NCBI RefSeq assembly: GCF_000150275.1
Contig: NW_002060949.1
Location: 2,353,836 to 2,417,835, forward strand
DNA: 64,000 bases
From: Trichoplax adhaerens
Lineage: Eukaryota > Animalia > Placozoa
Direction of reading: 5' to 3'
Shown here piece by piece: positions 12,064 to 26,900 of the stretch. The first letter of the stretch is position 1. Every line of letters begins with the position of its first letter. A model generated the notes under the pieces. That model did not search any database, was not told the DNA's origin, and was given only the letters and a program-made list of their open reading frames with translations. The position numbers and the translations under genes are program-made.

Positions 12064-15000
12064 ATGCTAATAACCATCAAGACACTACAGCAACAAACCT
12101 TTAAGATCGATATCGAGCCTACTCAAACGGTAATATAGCTATACTGATTAGAGTATGTTTATTGTCAAGCAGAAGTACTTTTAAACTCCTTTAAATGGAC
12201 GACAGAGATTGAGCTACAAGAGTAGAAATAGTCTAACAATGGAGATGGCCATGATGGACAATCATAATACACGATACGACAAGAGTAGCTAGATTGCAAG
12301 GGCCAAATGGCAACCGTTAGCCAATTTTGACCAGGGTGGTAAGAATGATTTCCATACGGGTTACAACACATGATCTGGATGTCATAGCAACGACACGGTG
12401 TAGCCTACTGTAGGCATAGAGGAAGGATTGAAAGGCAAAAAGTATTTTTAACGCTCATCACCTTGGATTACCATTAGCTAGTTGACAAGAGAGATTGGAA
12501 AGGGCCCCAAAAGCAATTTGTCAATCTTAGAAGGGATGAACTGGATGTCATAACAACCAAACGGTGTAGGCTACTGTAGGCATAGTGAAGAGGAAGGATT
12601 GAAAGGCAAAAAGTATTTTCAACGCTCATCACCTTGGATTACCATTAGCTAGTTGACAAGAGAGATTGGAAAGGGCCCAAAAGCAATTTGTCAATCTTAG
12701 AAGGGATGAACTGGATGTCATAACAACGAAACGGTGTAGGCTACTGTAGGCATAGTGAAGAGGAAGGATTGAAAGGCAAAAAGTATTTTCAACGCTCATC
12801 ACCATCACCTTGGATTACCATAGCTAGTTGACAAGAGAGATTAGAAAGGGCCCCTAAAAGCCATTTTGTCAATCAAGATTACCTAATACTACAGTATTGT
12901 GTTTTTGCCTACAATTCATGACTATGCAGTTACGAGACATGAGCTAGATGATATTGCAATCATGTATACTGTATACAACAATAGTCATCTCAGTCTCAAA
13001 ATGTTGAAGGCCTTCACCATAACGAGAACAACAAAAATACAGTAGTTACTGTCATGGCTACTATTTGCGCTACAAATGAGGCGCATTCTTTCCATGCACT
13101 TGAAAGGAATCAACTGGGGAGACCATTGCAACGATAGTGTTGGTCATAGTAGTGATTTCAATCCAAAAGTAGTCATGGCCAGGCTTACAGTAACGATTAT
13201 TGCCATGACCGATTGGCATTTTTACAAAGAGTTTTGAATTGTCATTACCATGGAGTGGAATGGATTTCACTAAATGTTTACTCCATAGATACTTATACAA
13301 GTAGTCATTTTAAATTTAAAAGTATTGATGATATTCGCGTTTTTACCCGAGTGGAATTCACGCTTTCTTTGATCATTCACTAGGATAAAAATGAATGAAT
13401 TCATTGCAGGTACTGAAATTTCAACCAGTTCATTTAAAATGCTATAAACTGATGAAAGCTAAGCAATAGTACAGGATTGCATTGGTAGAAATATTCAGAG
13501 CATCATTACAACTGCGCGCGGATAGTTTTTAGCTGATGATAGAACTGATCTTGTCTTTAAAGTAAATCGTTTCTAGTGCTGTTAGAACAATTTGTACAGC
13601 ATTCTCTCCTATTTGTAGCACGAAACATAATTCAAGCCTGGATTTCTCAAAATACAAACTGAAAAAACAATTAGTTGCTGCTACATGACTGAGCAAAACA
13701 CTACAATCAATTGCTGTCACAAGTGCATTACCACGAAGTCGTGTATTGATTGATACTTCGTTTCTACCTCAATATCAGCAATATTACGCATCTTTTAGTA
13801 GCACAACAACGGTGCAAAAACTACAAACGATCAATTGGGCATTGACTAACTTGTCAATAACTATTTCGGTGCTTGTACATTAGATCATTTAGTGTTTTGA
13901 TGTGATCTACTATATATAGATCTGCATACTCTCCAGTTGAAGTATGAATTTATCGCGTATTTTCTACTCAAGTCATCATGCAGTCATGGATTACCTTTGG
14001 CAGAAACAACTTATTGATTTAACTCCTATAGCAATATATTTCAAATAGTCAATCGTTGTTCAACACATCCTACCGCTACGTACTTTCTGTTTATTGTGTA
14101 TGCTTACTGACTATGTACACTGGTAAGGACAAGCTGGCAAAATAAATATCTCTGCAGCCATTTCCTGAAGACTTTAGCGTACTTGGATTGATATCCAGTA
14201 GCATAAAATGTGCTATAGTCCAAAACTATCTAAGCTGAAATTGTCTATTCTAGTTATATGTATATTTATGCTATATATCGAAAGAAAAGCTCTGGTATTG
14301 CGTTGTAGAGAATATAAAGTCAGTAATTCACTGTTAATGCGACTTATCATCGTTATTATAATAATTATAGCCAGCAGTAACAATTTATCACGCAAGATTA
14401 TGCCTGTAATATTGCAACTAAATTAAGCTACTGTCCATCAATGGTACTATTGATTGATTACGGATCTTAAGATTTACGTACTCGAGTAGTGTACTCTTAG
14501 TGTCGCTTTATTATCAATCTGAAAGAACGATGAAACCATGAAAGCAAGACCTTATCATATCTTGTAGCCTAAGGAGAGTTTTATCTTTATATGCGTAATT
14601 TTCTAATGTTGGTGCTTTAGAAATACTGTACATTTAACACAGTATTGACTAGAAGCTCGTTCTGTCTAAATATTCAATCTCGACTAGCTATATACTTCGC
14701 GTTGAATAGGTTTGAGAGTATCACCAAATAGCTTATCAAAATCGCACCCTATATTCTATGCAAGTACCTACATATTCATTATCGTCATGAGAGTGTAGTA
14801 AAATTGCTTATTCATATACATTATCACCACATTTAAAAACTACCTTGCGTCCATTGCCAATAGTTCAGTAGTCTAGAATTTTATCGTTCTTTCACAGATT
14901 ACAAAATTACTCAATACAGTAGATAGTATTACAATAATAGTGAGTTATTTGGCTTCAATTGAGACCTCTGCCAAAGGTGTGCTTCATTGGATCCCTGATT

Positions 15001-18000
15001 AGATTAATTAACTATAAATACACGTAAATTAAAAAATATATCAAGTAATAACAATTTGCTATGACATAGACAACTGATTTACTCTCTGCCTTAAACCTGA
15101 ATTTTTTTCACTCAACAGTCCATGATTTCTGTTACATCGCTCTGACTCATCTGTAGGCTTGTTGCAATTCTTCAATGTTGTTTAGGGTTATAGAGCTATA
15201 TTCAGCATTGTCCATAAAAGCTTAAAATGAGTTTATCCAGACTCTAACAGTAATTATATAGTCAATATTCATAGCTCGTACTGCAGATCGCAAAATTCTT
15301 ATTTATGTGCTAGTAGGACAGTAAACTCACTTGTGTTGATTGACACTTTTACTTTTACTACCCCAAAGTGATTAAAAATAAAGAACCAAACTAGTATTTT
15401 GTATGATTGTACTCGTACACATAACGGCAGTATATTAGCTTATGACTTACAGTCTAAATGGAGTCTGTAACCTTAACATTGACAAATATACTTTATGTTT
15501 GACCGAATCCTGTTCAATACCAACGGTTTATAAAAATTACTTATTATAGTATAGCACTTTTTACTAGAATTATCAATATTTAATCAATACACCATAAGGT
15601 AAATTGTTATAGGATTTCGTTATACAATTTCCTTCCAATGCTGTCGATTTAGTTAAATTGAAGGGCAATTGTATATGTCTTATTTACATTCACTTAAAAT
15701 TAATTTTTGATATGACTGGCTGTTTTGTAATTAATGTAAAATATACGATGCTGCCATTATGTGCTGTCTTTGCATGTCTTGTATTACTGTATGTGAGTAT
15801 TATTATTTTCGCAGTTAATACTGCATATATCATGATAAGAGCTATTGCCATTACAGCAGTATGTCGATATGGCTGATGGTTATAAAAATTATCCAGTTAT
15901 TTTAATAAATTATCAGTAGAAATAAACTCAGTTACTGAAACGTTATAGTTTAAGTACATTATTTCACATAAAATCTACTGATCTTGATTTCTAATTACAA
16001 GGTGGCTTTCTCGTTAGTTGTTTAATGTACTGCAATAAAGTCCTTAATAATGGCATTCGATTAGTTTATACTGTACGTATACACTATTGCATAAGACTCT
16101 TAGAATACTCTTTGATGCTTTACTTGCAGTGTAAGATGCGCAGTATTTTTTAAATTAAAAATCATCATGTACCTCTTTAGGGCTTCGTATTGATGTGGTA
16201 AAATAATTACATTCACTAAATTCTAAACAATTATTTCGTATACTTCAGGTTCGCGCGTTGAAAGAAAGAATAGAGAAAGACCGCGGCGATGCATTTCTAG
16301 CTGACGATTTAAAACTAATTTATGGTGGTAAGTTAAAGTTTTAAAAGTTTAATGCAATACTCCCACCAATGGTTTTCTAGGAATAAAATTATAAATTTTA
16401 TGATACTACATGTAAACTATGATACGAAAGTATTTAATACACTATGAAATATGTGTAGTAACAATATCATAAACTTTATTGTGTTGAACGTGAAATATTG
16501 GTATCACACAGTAGTTTTGAATATAGCTAATACAAATCTATTGTATATAAAAAAAATTAGGCAAATTATTAAGCGATGATACTATAATTGAAGACGTCAA
16601 AATTAATCCGAAGAATTTTGTTGTTGTTATGGTGGCAAAGGTTAGATTACTGATCGGTGATTGGTTACTGTTATTGAATTCGAGAATCTATTTGACTGTT
16701 ATATAAATATATGCTCTCTGTCTATATATATATATCTCTTATTTGGCATAAATTTTCCAGAAACAACCTTCGCGACAATCTTCATCGACAGATTCTGCAG
16801 CTGCTAGATCGGAGGTAGATATAAGAAGTAATAGTATCTGACGAATCGAATATACCCCCATTAGATACTATTCTTACTTTATATTTTGCAAGTGGTTCAA
16901 TTAACAATGCAGTACGCTGAATAGGAATACAGTGCATACTAGGATGCAGTCGTATGAATAGGCATTGTATGTGTCTATCTGCAATAATACTTCAAGATCA
17001 TATTTATGTTCCATAAAATACACTTTACTAACTATACATGATAAAGATCTAGCTAAGCTATGCAATTGCTAGATTTAACTGTTGTTAGTGATTACAATCG
17101 TGTTTATAAATGATCTTCATATGAACCTATGGTATGGTATATTAAATAAAAACGAAATTTCTTTTATTATGTTATAATGCAATTAAAACATTTTTGATTT
17201 AAGGCTGCCTCTACTACAACTACTACGGATGTGGCTTCTAGTACATCTACAACTGGGGGTGATAGCAAAGCCCAAGAAAAATCAGAAGCTAAAACTGAGA
17301 CCAGGTATATGGTTTCTATTAATTTGCGTAAATTTTGATGAGCAATCTGGTTTATGAATCTATATAGTACTTATTCTATAATACATTAAAAGTTCATGAA
17401 TAAGAAAACCGTTCTTTTTAATGTTTATTAACAATCATCTACGAATTACCTTTCTCAGTACTCCTCAATCTCAGCCGCAACAGTCTGGTAGCTCAGACAG
17501 CGATGCCGGCTCCTCTTTAAGTAAGAAGGACGCTATACTATATAACAAGGATAATATATACTAAGACTGTCTGCTTAATTTGGCTATTATTACGATATGA
17601 GTCATGTTTTTGTAATACTTACATTTTAGTCAGTGGCTCTTCTATCGAGCAAATCGTTTCTGAAATTGTATCAATGGGATTCCCAAGGGATCAGGTAGTG
17701 TACAATATATCGATTAGATTTAACTTCTTTAGCTTCTATAACAAATTTTTTGGCTAGCTTTGAGGTTACATTATCTATTTACAGTGAAGTCCAATAACTA
17801 AATGGAATAATTAGCTGACGATTTTATTGTGATTCTAAGCTATTTGTTACTACCAACAATCGATGTTAATAATTCATTACGCCGATGATATTTTAGGTCT
17901 TACTTGCCTTGAGAGCTAGCTTCAATAACCCTCATCGAGCTGTCGAATATCTGACAACTGTAAGATCATTGATTTCAGTTATCCAATTTGCAGCAAAAGA

Positions 18001-18915
18001 TTTCTAACTATTTATAAACTTTCTGATATATCTAGGGAATTCCTGCTAATGTTTTAGAAACTCAAACTGCTGAAACTCCAACTGCAACTCAGTCGGAATC
18101 GCAAGCGGAACCACAAACACAACCGCAACCGCAGGAAGAAGAGGATCAACAACAACGACAACAGAATCCATTACCTTCATCCCCTCAAGGTCTTTACCCA
18201 TTAGTACAGTTTTTACAATACTAGTGTTGACTATTTCTCTGGTTGGACACTAAAATGCATGCTTTTGTTTTTCAGGAGGTCCTTTAGGATTTCTAAGATC
18301 GCAGGCAGTCTTTAGCCAAATGAGACAGATTGTTCAATCTAATCCTGAAGCATTAGCGCCAATGCTGCAACAGTTAGGACAAAATAATCCGCAGTTACTA
18401 GAGGTATACAATTATAACCTAATTTTAAAAACGAAATTTGATTACGGCCTATATTATACCTGAGTATATTTGAAAGAGACTACGATAAATTATATATTAC
18501 TTGTTCATAACTTTAGTTGATTAGAAATCATCAATCAGAATTTATGGAATTAATGAACGAGCCTATCACTGAAGGCCAACCGAGAATTGCTCCCTATCAG
18601 CAACAGCAGCAGCAGCAGCAGCCGTCACGACAATCACCTGGTGGGCCCGGTCTTGGATCGCTTGGTATATCTGTAACACAAGAAGAAAAGGAAGCCATCG
18701 ATAGGGTACTAATTCCATTATGCTAATTGTTGTAAGATTTAGAATTGTATATAAAAGATTGTGAATTAAATTTGTTCATTTTTACTCTTTTATTTAATTC
18801 GTTATAGTTGAAAGCATTAGGATTCGATGAGGGACTAGTTGTACAGGCTTATTTTGCCTGTGATAAGAACGAAAATCTAGCTGCTAACTTCTTGCTTCAA
18901 CAAAATGATGATTGA
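12064..18915 (+). CDS. RAD23: UV excision repair protein RAD23 homolog (UBL-UBA1-XPC binding/STI1-UBA2)
   Basis: 12 exons: 12064-12129, 16249-16327, 16561-16640, 16761-16814, 17204-17304, 17459-17520, 17630-17694, 17897-17959, 18036-18189, 18276-18403, 18517-18705, 18808-18915. [50 protein letters not shown]1 [32 protein letters not shown]-binding [59 protein letters not shown]2 [41 protein letters not shown]. Confidence 0.97.
12375..12875. repeat. About 170-bp tandem repeat, 3 near-identical copies, in RAD23 intron 1
   Basis: Unit CTGGATGTCATAACAACGAAACGGTGTAGG...GTCAATCTTAGAAGGGATGAA starts at about 12375, 12541 and 12711. Confidence 0.95.
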
Positions 18916-20914
18916 TGTGTTTTGTAATTACAAAATTTGATAGCCGTTGATGATGGCACGTTAGGTACCTTGTGGTTAAATTTTGCTACTATGTAATATT
19001 ATCGCGTATCAACCTTGTATTGCATGGTTTCAGAAATGTTTTATTTCATATCACTTCTAATGTTCTTATGCAATGGCGTCTATGATATAAATGAAAATCA
19101 GCCTCTACTATATCGTTGTTTTCCATAATTAATTCTATTATTAAAGAAGAGTACGGTAAGTTAATCGTTAATATCAAATAGGAACAGTAACAGGGTGAGC
19201 GTGACGTCGTAATGATGACAAAGATGATACGTTGTTAATTCCTGCATTTTTGAGACTATTTTAACAACTTTTATTCTATATAACCATCTGATACGGTATA
19301 CACGTATGCGAATAAGTCTGAATTTAATTGTTCTAGTGTAAAATTCTATATAAGTGGGATGCTTTAACAATTGTAAACATAAGTAAACTAAGTGTACAAT
19401 CGAAAAGTCAAGTTTGGTATAAGTCATCTTGTGTGGGTTACTGTTTGTACGATATAGTATAGCATAGCTCATTCTGAAGCCACAGCGAAAAAATATGCTA
19501 CTCTGGGCTTAATAACTTATATCATCAATCTTACTTCGTTAGCTTACTGAACCTTGCAGAAACTGTATCGACTGATCCGTTTAAAATAAAAATAACTTAT
19601 AGCATTACGAACGCAAATTAGTTGTTAACTAACGTGGTATATATACTACACTACTGCATTGGTGGACCACTATACCATACTGTTGTGATTGGCAACTTAA
19701 TTTACCAGGCGATAATATATATATTTACAGAGCTGCAATCAATACAGTATGTGCTATTGCAATACATTTCGGTACCGGTAGTATGTGACATAAAAATATT
19801 AAGTGTTATTGCTTTACGACAACAAATAAGATTCACAGTATTGAGACTGGATTTCTTCGTGTCACTGATAATAGTTATAATATAATTCCTAAACTTTCCT
19901 GCTAGGCATTAGTTAATTTCATCGTTATGATTACAAGTTTACACCGGCTATTTTTCGTTCTCGGGAATTGCAATTTAATATTATTTATGCCATTGTATCT
20001 ATTATACATGCGTGGAATCATTGATTAGATATGATTGTACCGTTCAAACGAATAAAATAATCAGGTAAACGGAAAATGCACTCGCATCAACCACTTGAGT
20101 ATGGTTGAAACGGGAAAAATACAGTTCTACAGTTTATTGCTGCAATAGTAAAATATCCGTATTTTCATGCCTTTGATAGGCAAAGAGAGTACAGCCGACA
20201 AATATCATTTCAGGTTCATAACTTACGAAACGTTGGATAGTTATATAAAATCATATACCGAATGATAAATAAAATAAAATTCTTTTACAGGTCACTTGCT
20301 ATTGAAAACATATAGCAGGCTTATATAATATAATAATATATTACAAAATGAAGCATTAGCTTGTTGGGGATGGTATAATTTCAGCATTGTAGATGCATTG
20401 ATAGCGACAGTAATACTACAGGGGATTCATACGATCTGCAGATAAATTTAATATATTTTACAAAGATTGTCGTGTATCTGAAGGAAAGCAAAGTAGGCTA
20501 TTGAGCGCATTAATATAAAATTTTGATATCTATACAATTTTATAAATTTTCTATTTCTATTATCTTCAATGTAGGATACTGCAGACAATTATAATAGATA
20601 TCGGTCTCTGAAGTGTTAAATATTACTGGCTTGATATAACAAGAATTCGATTTATCAAAAGTTGACAAAAATTAATCAAGATAGCAAAGTTACGTCTTTT
20701 ACAGCATCTAAGAAATAGATAAGCCATTCCGTATATTACATTCTTTCTAATTCTGCTTAAGCCGTATAGCAATAAAAATTTTTGATACTTGCGTGTACAT
20801 AGAAATGAATAACTAACTTTTACAATTAAATTAAGTTCGAACAATTACGCATTGCATCTTGGCTTGACAGCAGCTTTGCTAGCTTATGTAATCATGAAAG
20901 TTTTTTCATCAATA

Positions 20915-23900
20915 CTATGAGATTATACAGTCGGATCCTTTCTCAGTTGGTGATGAGCTCTCTATTGGATGAATTGTTGATGGTATCGTTTCACCTTTCT
21001 GCACGTTTTGCGGGTCAGGCGAAACAATATTTTCATGAGGTTTTTCTACCGATGATAAGGTATCAGTAGATATTTTTTCAACGCTTTCTTCGTGGGACAA
21101 GTTACCTTGTGGAGTAACGTTTGGCGATGCAATAGGGGTATCAGAATTGATGTTCCCCAATGCCATTAACTGACAATAAATAACAAACTTCCTGTAACCA
21201 TAACTATTAAAAAAAGATTTATAGCACATTAATTCTAGTATTCAGTATAAATATTAGATTAAAACGTGCATGTAATGAATAATAAAGGAACAATACACTA
21301 CCATTCATGATTTGCCCATACTTCCAGATCGCGTAGGCCACATTTTATTCTATCTGTTGTATTAGCAGTCAATATGGAAGGTTGTAATTGTGCACGCTGA
21401 ATAATTTTATGAATCGCATGACCATCAAAAAGTAATATTGCGAGAAGCAATGCCCATTCTAGACTATCTGTTGCTAACATAAGGTCCAGCATGTATCTAA
21501 AACGTTTGATAGTATAACTTTCTATTATTATGGATTAAAGATTTGCTTATTGATAATAAATATGCAAATATAGCTTAAGAAACCTCAATTCCATTGCTCT
21601 CTGTGGATGACAGTTCATTATCACTTCTTCATACATATCATCTACGTCCGCAAACGATATCGTAGTATCCTCTACGTCTTCCAACACAGATGCAGCACAT
21701 GAAGTATCAACGGAAGTAACCAAGCTGTCATTGCTAGAAGGTGCTAGATTGCAGAAAAAGTCATCCTTAATCAACTATAAATATCTTATCAGGTCAACAA
21801 TTATTACATACCTTTTAAATATTCTGGTGCTAATAAATGACTTGCGGCATTGTTTTCCATTCGTGTTAGGATGCTAGCTTGGTATTGTGAACTGTCGATG
21901 TTACTATCCGGTGTAAATTCAGATGTGGCCCGTTGATAGTTAGTGGAAGAGTCTTCCAGAGAAAGCTGACGAAGGTTCAAAGCGTTATCTATACAATACG
22001 TTAACAATATTAATTAGATTACTTTATTGCCAATTAAGCAAATAATAATGTTGTTATCAGACGAGTACAATATGAAAAATTGAAAAGAATTGATGTAAAG
22101 CGTAAATTTTTTCTTACGTGTCAAATCTTCCAGTAATATCTTTTTAGCTTCCTCAGTCTTTGCAGTATCTGAAGATGATTCAGAATTGTTTCCTTACAAC
22201 GAAACGTAGCATTTGTTAAAATCTAATTCAAATAACGTACACTCATAAGAATGCCGTACAAGTAACTCATCATGAATGAATTACGTATCTACCTGGAAAC
22301 GGCCAATCAAATTGTTTATGAATTTTTAACAAGCAAGAGGGAAAATCTTCAATTGCAGTTATGTGCACCCTACATCGGTTACGATTATAAAGTAATCAAG
22401 CAAATACACTTTATACTTTGATATTAAAACTAATGAACGTGCAAAATTAATTATGTTACCGTTCTTTTATCAACCATTCGTATAAAGGAAAGTCAAGATA
22501 AGCAGAGAATAGTCCCAATTCTCGCAATTGGCACGATTTCAGTAGATTGGTGGCATGATTTTTAAGAACACTATCTACATAAAACTGAAGGCATAACAAT
22601 TTAATTGGAACATACATTACATGATAGCAGAAATTAGATGGCGTAAATGTACCGTGTTTAACTGAGTTGCAATTTCTTGCGAGTTGACATTTCAAAATTA
22701 TTATACAAAGATTATGCGTTGACTCTAGATTACCTCTGTCTCTTCTACGGTATAACCTTTCTCGGCGGTACTTTGGCTTAATCTATCTCGTATAGTGCTA
22801 CCTGATATTACTAAACTATTCTTCTTCGATGAGGGCCAACTTGTAGTTTCGCCACTTCGTGTTGGCGTCACTGGAGGTGTTAATGGACCACTACTACTTA
22901 TCGAAGTGCGCGGTGGAGTATCGGAACAAGGCCCTATAAACATTAATAAATCGGAAGACGCTCAGAGCTACGCTAAAATATATTGATAAATAATATTTAA
23001 CAAACCTGCAGCTCGTAGGAAGCGAACGACGTCTTGAGCGAGCTACAAATTTAATTGAAAGACATAACAGCACGAATTAGAGACTATAAGTTAAGATTGT
23101 AATTTCGTAATATTTCCAAATCAGTACGATGATTTGCGAGAAATGATCATTAAAATTATAAAACAATATGATGAGATAGTATAACTCGTACCTCCCATTT
23201 GTGTTTTGCTAACGCCGTATCCAGCAACAACGTTGCGTGCTAATACATATATGATAAAGTAAAAATCATTTTGTATTTTGATCGCTAAAAGCAGCAAGCG
23301 ATTAAACTTTTATTCATTAATGTACGGAACTACTTACAAGGCGACTGACATCAGAAGGCTCTAAGTTTTGCAATATAATCAAGCAGGACGTTGCAGTTTC
23401 TAAATCACCACTTGCTAAGCATTCCTAGAAACAAAAATATTATTAACGGTATTTATTATATCTAACAAAAGCGATCTATATCGGTGCTTATCCTATTAGT
23501 TTAATTTCGATAAGACAATGTAAGAAATTAGACTAACCTCAAACATATTTTTAGGATTTCCAACAGCAGCAAATAAATAATCCCATAAATCAAACTCCGT
23601 TTTTCTAGCACAGTGGACAACAATATGATAGTACGATGGAAATTCTTGTATGAAAGCTACAATACGCGGGAGAAGTGCATCTACAGAACAAGAGGATACA
23701 CGATATCCATTAAAATCTTACATGCCATTACTATTGCGAACTTGATTCAAATAGCAACTTCTTATTGTACTTATTATCTGATTATAAGCGAATATTATTG
23801 CAAGACAAACCAGGCATAGGCTCAGATGCCGTAGCTTCTTCTTCTAATACCTCGTGCAACATCAGTTCAAGTATGTGAGAAAAATAAGGTAATGACATGC

Positions 23901-26900
23901 AACAGCGAGCGACCTCATAAGCATGCACATCCAAACTAAGAAATATGAGATTTTAAGTCAAAATAATTAATACTGTTGTTGTCCAGTAGTTCACAGTATA
24001 TTAAAAGTAAAATATTTACAGCTTAGAAATTGCAAGGTTAACATAGCGTATCATACATTAAGATTTTTACATGTTGGTTACTACAATACAGATTTATTCA
24101 ATATTCATACTGTTTATAAATACATAGAATCTAAAAATACTATAGTAAATTAATGAACTTACTTTCTTCGAAGGAGTTGTCTCAATATATGATGCAAATA
24201 TATTTGAGTCTAATAGAAAAGAATATTAAAATTAATCAAAGAAAAATTATGAGTCTGCGAAGCCCTAGAATAACCCACCGTGCGATCAATCGAGTAAAAT
24301 GGAAAAGTAACATCGGATTTGCCAGGAGATTTTAGATCTATAGTTTCATTAGAGGCGCCCAAGATCACAGCTTCCTCAAAAAGTACAGCTAAGGTAGAAT
24401 TATAGCTTTAAACTTTATGTCACTATATTAGGTAAGGATGTATTCAAGCGTATTAAATATATGTTATAAGTAGTATTACCTTGGGGATACACATCGAGTT
24501 TAAAGGGTAGCATAATGCGCTTAGCAACAAAGTTCGGTTGTTTACCTTCACTGCTTGGATATAATGGAAGCCATACCTATCAAATATTATTGCATACAGA
24601 TAGCAATAATTGTTTGAAAGAATCATAAATATCTGAACTAGATATCGATGCAATTAATGCAAATGATGTATCACTGATTGTAATTGTAAAAGTAGCGAGT
24701 TTATACTAACGGTAATTAAGCAATATATACTGTAATACATAATGACCATTATACTATACTTACTTTCATCCCGTCAGCACCACATCCAAGCCATAGGGCA
24801 TCGGTTAGATACTTATGGGTAGTCCTAGTCCTAGGAGTAGACCACACCATTTCCACGGTTGATGATAATGCAATTGGGCAGCTAAATGCAGCCTGTATAA
24901 TTTTACAATCGAATATCGTCACCAAAGTGAATGCACTAGTAATCGCATCTTCGAATCATCATAAAGATTGTGAAGACACTTTGATATTCTTAAACAAATA
25001 GCAATGCCATTTTATTGTAGATTTACAGTTCATTTACCTGTGTAGCTTTCTTTGATCTGTCGCGTGGTAATAAAATTAGGCGACCAGCAATATTTAGGAG
25101 TAGTGATTCTGGTTCTTTTTCGTCTACGAGAAAGTATAAACTAAGGTATAAGGCTCTTTATCGTAATAATAAACTTTACTATCAATAGCTAGTGTTACTA
25201 GTGATACGACAATGCATAGATAATAACAGTTGTACCATTACCAGATTCAGCATTAATGCACGTTAGAGTGACTGAAATCAGTGCGTTCCCATGTGGCACA
25301 TAACTCTCTAAGGAAATATCTTGAAGCCGATGTAGCACGGCTACAGGATGATCTAAAAATATCCATCAATTAGTCAAAATTTTATGAAGATTTCATTTTA
25401 ATAGTACGCTGAAATTTTCTAATTCAGTACACATAAATTTCCATCTGCAAAGTTCCAGGGTACATTGTAATACAATAAACATGTTAAGGCAAAGACATAC
25501 GTTGCTTCTTTTCTTTTTTTTCAATCTTGTATAAACGAAGTTTGCAGTTGCTACCATATACCATGATGAAATCACGATATACATTTAGAAGGATAGCTGA
25601 GCTAGAAAGTTTCTCCGAAGTCATAAATGCATTATCCAAGTTGAGACCTCGTGGATAGATTCTTAACTGCGTATGTAAATTAAAACAAAATATTAAAAAT
25701 GGGTTATGAAAATATTAGCAATTGTAAAATATTCTTTAAAATATACCTCTTCCTGGGCTTGTTGGATATTATAACAGGCAACCATTAGCATATCTTTCCA
25801 CCATGCCAAGCCACCGGTAACAGAAAAATTTTGCTCCTAATACAAGAGATAACTTAGCTTTACTATGTCATAATTTCAGTTTCTTAGAGGCTATTACATA
25901 ACTCAACTTCTACTCAAGAAAGTTACCATACCTGGGCAATATTACCAAATAATTTCCATTTTTGAGTTGCTATAGAATAATGAGCGATACCCATAACAGC
26001 AGCTACAGCTAAATAACGTCCTGTTTTATCAATCGCAGAATACTGAAATATAAAAAACTTTTTTCAGTTCTATGGCATAACTAGGTTTTATAACGATACA
26101 AAGCTTTTTCATACGTCTTCTACAATTTCAGATAGTTCAACTTTATAACACGAACACAAATGATACTCTTACCCGTATCGGCCAATTTTCTCCAACCATA
26201 TAACTAGAAGGAACCTGAAGCGATTAAATAACTGGGTCATTATATTGTATCGATTGATTCAGCTCATAAATGCATGTTAGTATGCTATTACATGAATGAC
26301 AAACTCAAAATATACAGGGAAATTTACCTGAATTACACACCACTGTTTACTTCCCAATAAGATATTTATATCTGCTTGGGATTGATTTGGTTGATTCCCT
26401 TTATTAAATGATCTCTCATCAAGTGATGAATTATATGAATTTATATCATTAACAGATCTTAGATAGCCAGAGGTAGAGTTGCTATCTAGAATATGTAAAT
26501 ATAATCTATCTTCCGCTTGTAGTAGCACGTGACAAATGTTTCCCTATGAAGCAATATCGGATAGATGATATTACATGATAAAGTAATGAAAAAGTATTGT
26601 AGTAAAAATATTAGTTTAATTGTGACTCTACGTCACTCGTACATATGCAATTATTTACAATTACCGCGTTGGGATTGACGCTACTTGCACTTTTAACAAA
26701 TTGCATTTGGTAGATACATTCTGGAATGCACCGAAACATTTATCAGTTTAAATAAAAGCTAAAAATCGAAGAAAAAATTACGTCATACCTGGAGAAGAAT
26801 CAAATGTTTCACTTTTATCCACAACAAACCATAGGTGATAACCTTCAACGTCCCAGTCCTAGAGCACCAATATGCATTATATCATAAGTAAAAAGTGTAG

